Below are positions 62,062-64,000 of a stretch of 64,000 nucleotides of DNA, one piece after another. A program made the translations under genes and the position numbers. The notes under the pieces were generated by a model. The model made no database searches. It saw only the letters and a list, made by a program, of their open reading frames with translations, and was not told where the DNA came from. Each line of letters starts with the position of its first letter. Within the stretch, counting starts at the first letter, position 1. The stretch lies in NCBI RefSeq assembly GCF_058153355.1, contig NZ_CM177019.1. One strand, given 5' to 3'.

Positions 62062-62468
62062 ACGCCCGGCAATACACGCCGGGCGGCTTCCGCCAGAAAC
62101 GCACTTCTGTTGGCGTAGTCTGGGTTATTGCGCACGTAGGTATCAATCTTGTTCAGTAATCTTTTCGGCATCGTAATATTGATACGTTCAGCCCGACCTT
62201 CGAACTGATTCATATTGATATCCACCAGCAACCATTGCCCGCCAATAAAGTCCTGCGCACGCTGGACCAGATGTGTTTCCACAGAGCCTGGAAGCGGCAA
62301 CTCTTCATTCATCTCGCATAAGGTTTCGAAGTGCGCGACCAGTGCACTTCGCGCATCCTGGAAAGCGTTGTCCAGCGTATCACCAGCAAAATAACAGCCT
62401 GGAACATCAGGGAAAAAACCGCTGGCGCTGCCGTCAGGATCACTGTGGATATAGGCGGGATAAAACAT
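62058..62468 (-). CDS. hicB: HicB-family antitoxin (RNase H-like fold plus C-terminal ribbon-helix-helix)
   Basis: 136 aa; C-terminal RHH motif ERINITMPKRLLNKIDTYV...RSAFLAEAA; immediately downstream of hicA-like gene. Confidence 0.75.
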   Translation of the reverse strand: MFYPAYIHSDPDGSASGFFPDVPGCYFAGDTLDNAFQDARSALVAHFETLCEMNEELPLPGSVETHLVQRAQDFIGGQWLLVDINMNQFEGRAERINITMPKRLLNKIDTYVRNNPDYANRSAFLAEAARRVLPGV

Positions 62469-62484
62469 ATTGCCTCCTGAAATT

Positions 62485-62670
62485 TTAAAATGTTAAACCA
62501 GCCTGACGCCCAATTTGCGCCAGCGTACCGGGCTTAATATCTTTTTTAGGGTGCGGAACCGTCACCAGACCCGGATGAACAGGGTGGCGGAACTGATGAT
62601 GACTACCACGGGTTCGAATATGTTCCCAGCCATGCTGCTTCAGGATGGCGATCACGTCTGCACTTTTCAC
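62485..62670 (-). CDS. hicA: HicA-family toxin (YcfA-like mRNA interferase)
   Basis: 61 aa; dsRBD-like motif with conserved GSHHQF...PGLVTVPHPKKD. Confidence 0.8.
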   Translation of the reverse strand: MKSADVIAILKQHGWEHIRTRGSHHQFRHPVHPGLVTVPHPKKDIKPGTLAQIGRQAGLTF

Positions 62671-62947
62671 ATCCCTGCCCTTCCATGATTATACACACGA
62701 TACACACACATTTAGCAATAACAATCACGATAGCGCGATTTATATGGGCCGTCAGGGGGATAAAGTTGACTCAGGAATGCCGTTCGGAAGAAGAATAACG
62801 GTGTGCAGTAACTTGTTGAAAAGATGTGAGGAGACTCGTAATTAAGTTCAATCAATATTCAGTCATTCAAGACGTAGACATTTGAATTGGTAAAACGCGA
62901 AAGCGTCGCATCAGGCAATGAATACCCGATGCGACCAGCTTCTTACA

Positions 62948-64000
62948 TCAGAACAGCCCCAACGGTTTATCTGAGTAGCTCACCAGCAGGCACTTGGTTT
63001 GCTGATAATGCTCAAGCATCATCTTATGGGTTTCGCGCCCAATACCCGACTGCTTATAGCCACCAAACGCCGCATGTGTCGGGTAAGCGTGATAACAGTT
63101 GGTCCACACTCGCCCGGCCTGAATGCCGCGCCCCATCTTATAGGCCAGATTACCGTTGCGGCTCCAGACACCAGCCCCCAGACCATATTGCGTGTCGTTC
63201 GCCAGCTCCAGCGCTTCTTCCATCGTTTTGAAGGTGGTTACCGCCAGCACCGGACCAAAAATTTCTTCCTGGAACACGCGCATATTATTCTGACCAAACA
63301 GAATCGTCGGTTCGAGGTAGTAGCCGTCTTTCAGTTCGCCTTCCAGCAGCTTGCGCCGCCCACCGGTGAGCACGTCTGCGCCCTCTTTTTTACCGATATC
63401 AATGTAGTTGAGGATGGTTTCCAGTTGCCCGTGCGAAACTTGCGCCCCCATTTGCGTCACGCTATCGAGCGGGTTACCGCTGCGAATGCTTTCGACACGG
63501 CGGATGGCGCGTTCCATAAAGCGTTCGTAGATAGACTCCTGCACTAAAGCACGGCTTGGACAGGTGCAAACTTCGCCCTGGTTAAAGGCAAACAGTGCAA
63601 AGCCTTCCAGCGCTTTATCGAAAAAGGCATCTTCTTCATCCATCACATCAGCAAAGAAGATATTGGCGACTTGCCGCCCAGCTCCAGGGTTACCGGAATA
63701 ATATTTTGCGTGGCGTACTGCATAATTTGTTGGCCCACTTCCGTTGAGCCGGTAAACGCCACTTTAGCGATGCGTTTCGAGGTCGCCAGATATTCGCCAA
63801 TTTCCCCACCAGCACCGTTGACCACGTTCACCACGCCCGGCGGCAGTAAATCACCGACGATTTCCATTAGCAGCAGTACAGAAAGCGGGGTAAGACGTGC
63901 GGGTTTCAGCACCACACAGTTGCCCGCCGCCAGCGCGGGAGCCATTTTCCAGCTCGCCATCAGCAGCGGGAAGTTCCACGGAATAATCTGCCCCACCACG
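62948..64000 (-). pseudogene. aldB: aldehyde dehydrogenase B, 3' portion, with -1 frameshift
   Basis: C-terminal 232 aa (ORF 62948-63646) and upstream segment (ORF 63643-63999) are in different frames; the frame breaks after LELGGKSP where the plus strand reads gatattggcga (TT at 63663-63664) instead of an expected TTT; gene continues beyond the window. Confidence 0.7.

Noticed and set aside
62671-62720. Short CA/ACACAC-rich tract upstream of hicA (acacacgatacacacaca)
   Set aside because: Too short and irregular to call a simple sequence repeat or phase-variable tract; likely just part of the hicAB promoter region.

Overview
This window is an Escherichia coli chromosomal segment syntenic with the K-12 dpp-xyl-yia-aldB region (yhjV, dppFDCBA, proK, eptB, yhjX, yhjY, tag, yiaC, bisC, yiaD, ghrB, yiaF, yiaG, cspA, hokA, glySQ, ysaB, wecH, yiaA/B, xylBA/xylFGHR, bax, malS, avtA, ysaA, yiaJ, yiaK-S operon, yiaTUVW, aldB). 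Gene identities and the K-12 comparison come from recalled protein sequences and gene order, not from a database search. On top of this core backbone the strain carries: (1) two identical 1280-bp IS110-family elements that I identify as IS621 (the bridge-RNA-guided recombinase element), both inserted in REP sequences at the same ATCAGGCCT/AC target and bracketing about 34.8 kb; (2) an IS66-family element with an 8-bp target duplication that splits yiaA after codon 5; (3) a roughly 4.5-kb accessory sugar-utilisation islet between sgbE and yiaT (AraC-type regulator, GPH glycoside transporter, GH127-like glycosidase with an in-frame amber stop); (4) a hicA/hicB-like toxin-antitoxin pair plus a small membrane protein between yiaW and aldB; (5) a hokA locus without the IS150 that sits beside it in K-12. 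Several genes carry apparent lesions (yhjY +1 frameshift, yiaM +1 in an A-run, sgbE 67-codon in-frame deletion, aldB -1 frameshift, GH127 amber), which may be real pseudogenes or, for the homopolymer cases, assembly errors. I found no CRISPR array, rRNA or obvious defence island. The most notable system is the IS621 pair, whose left-end non-coding segment contains stretches matching both the flanking target and the element's own right end.
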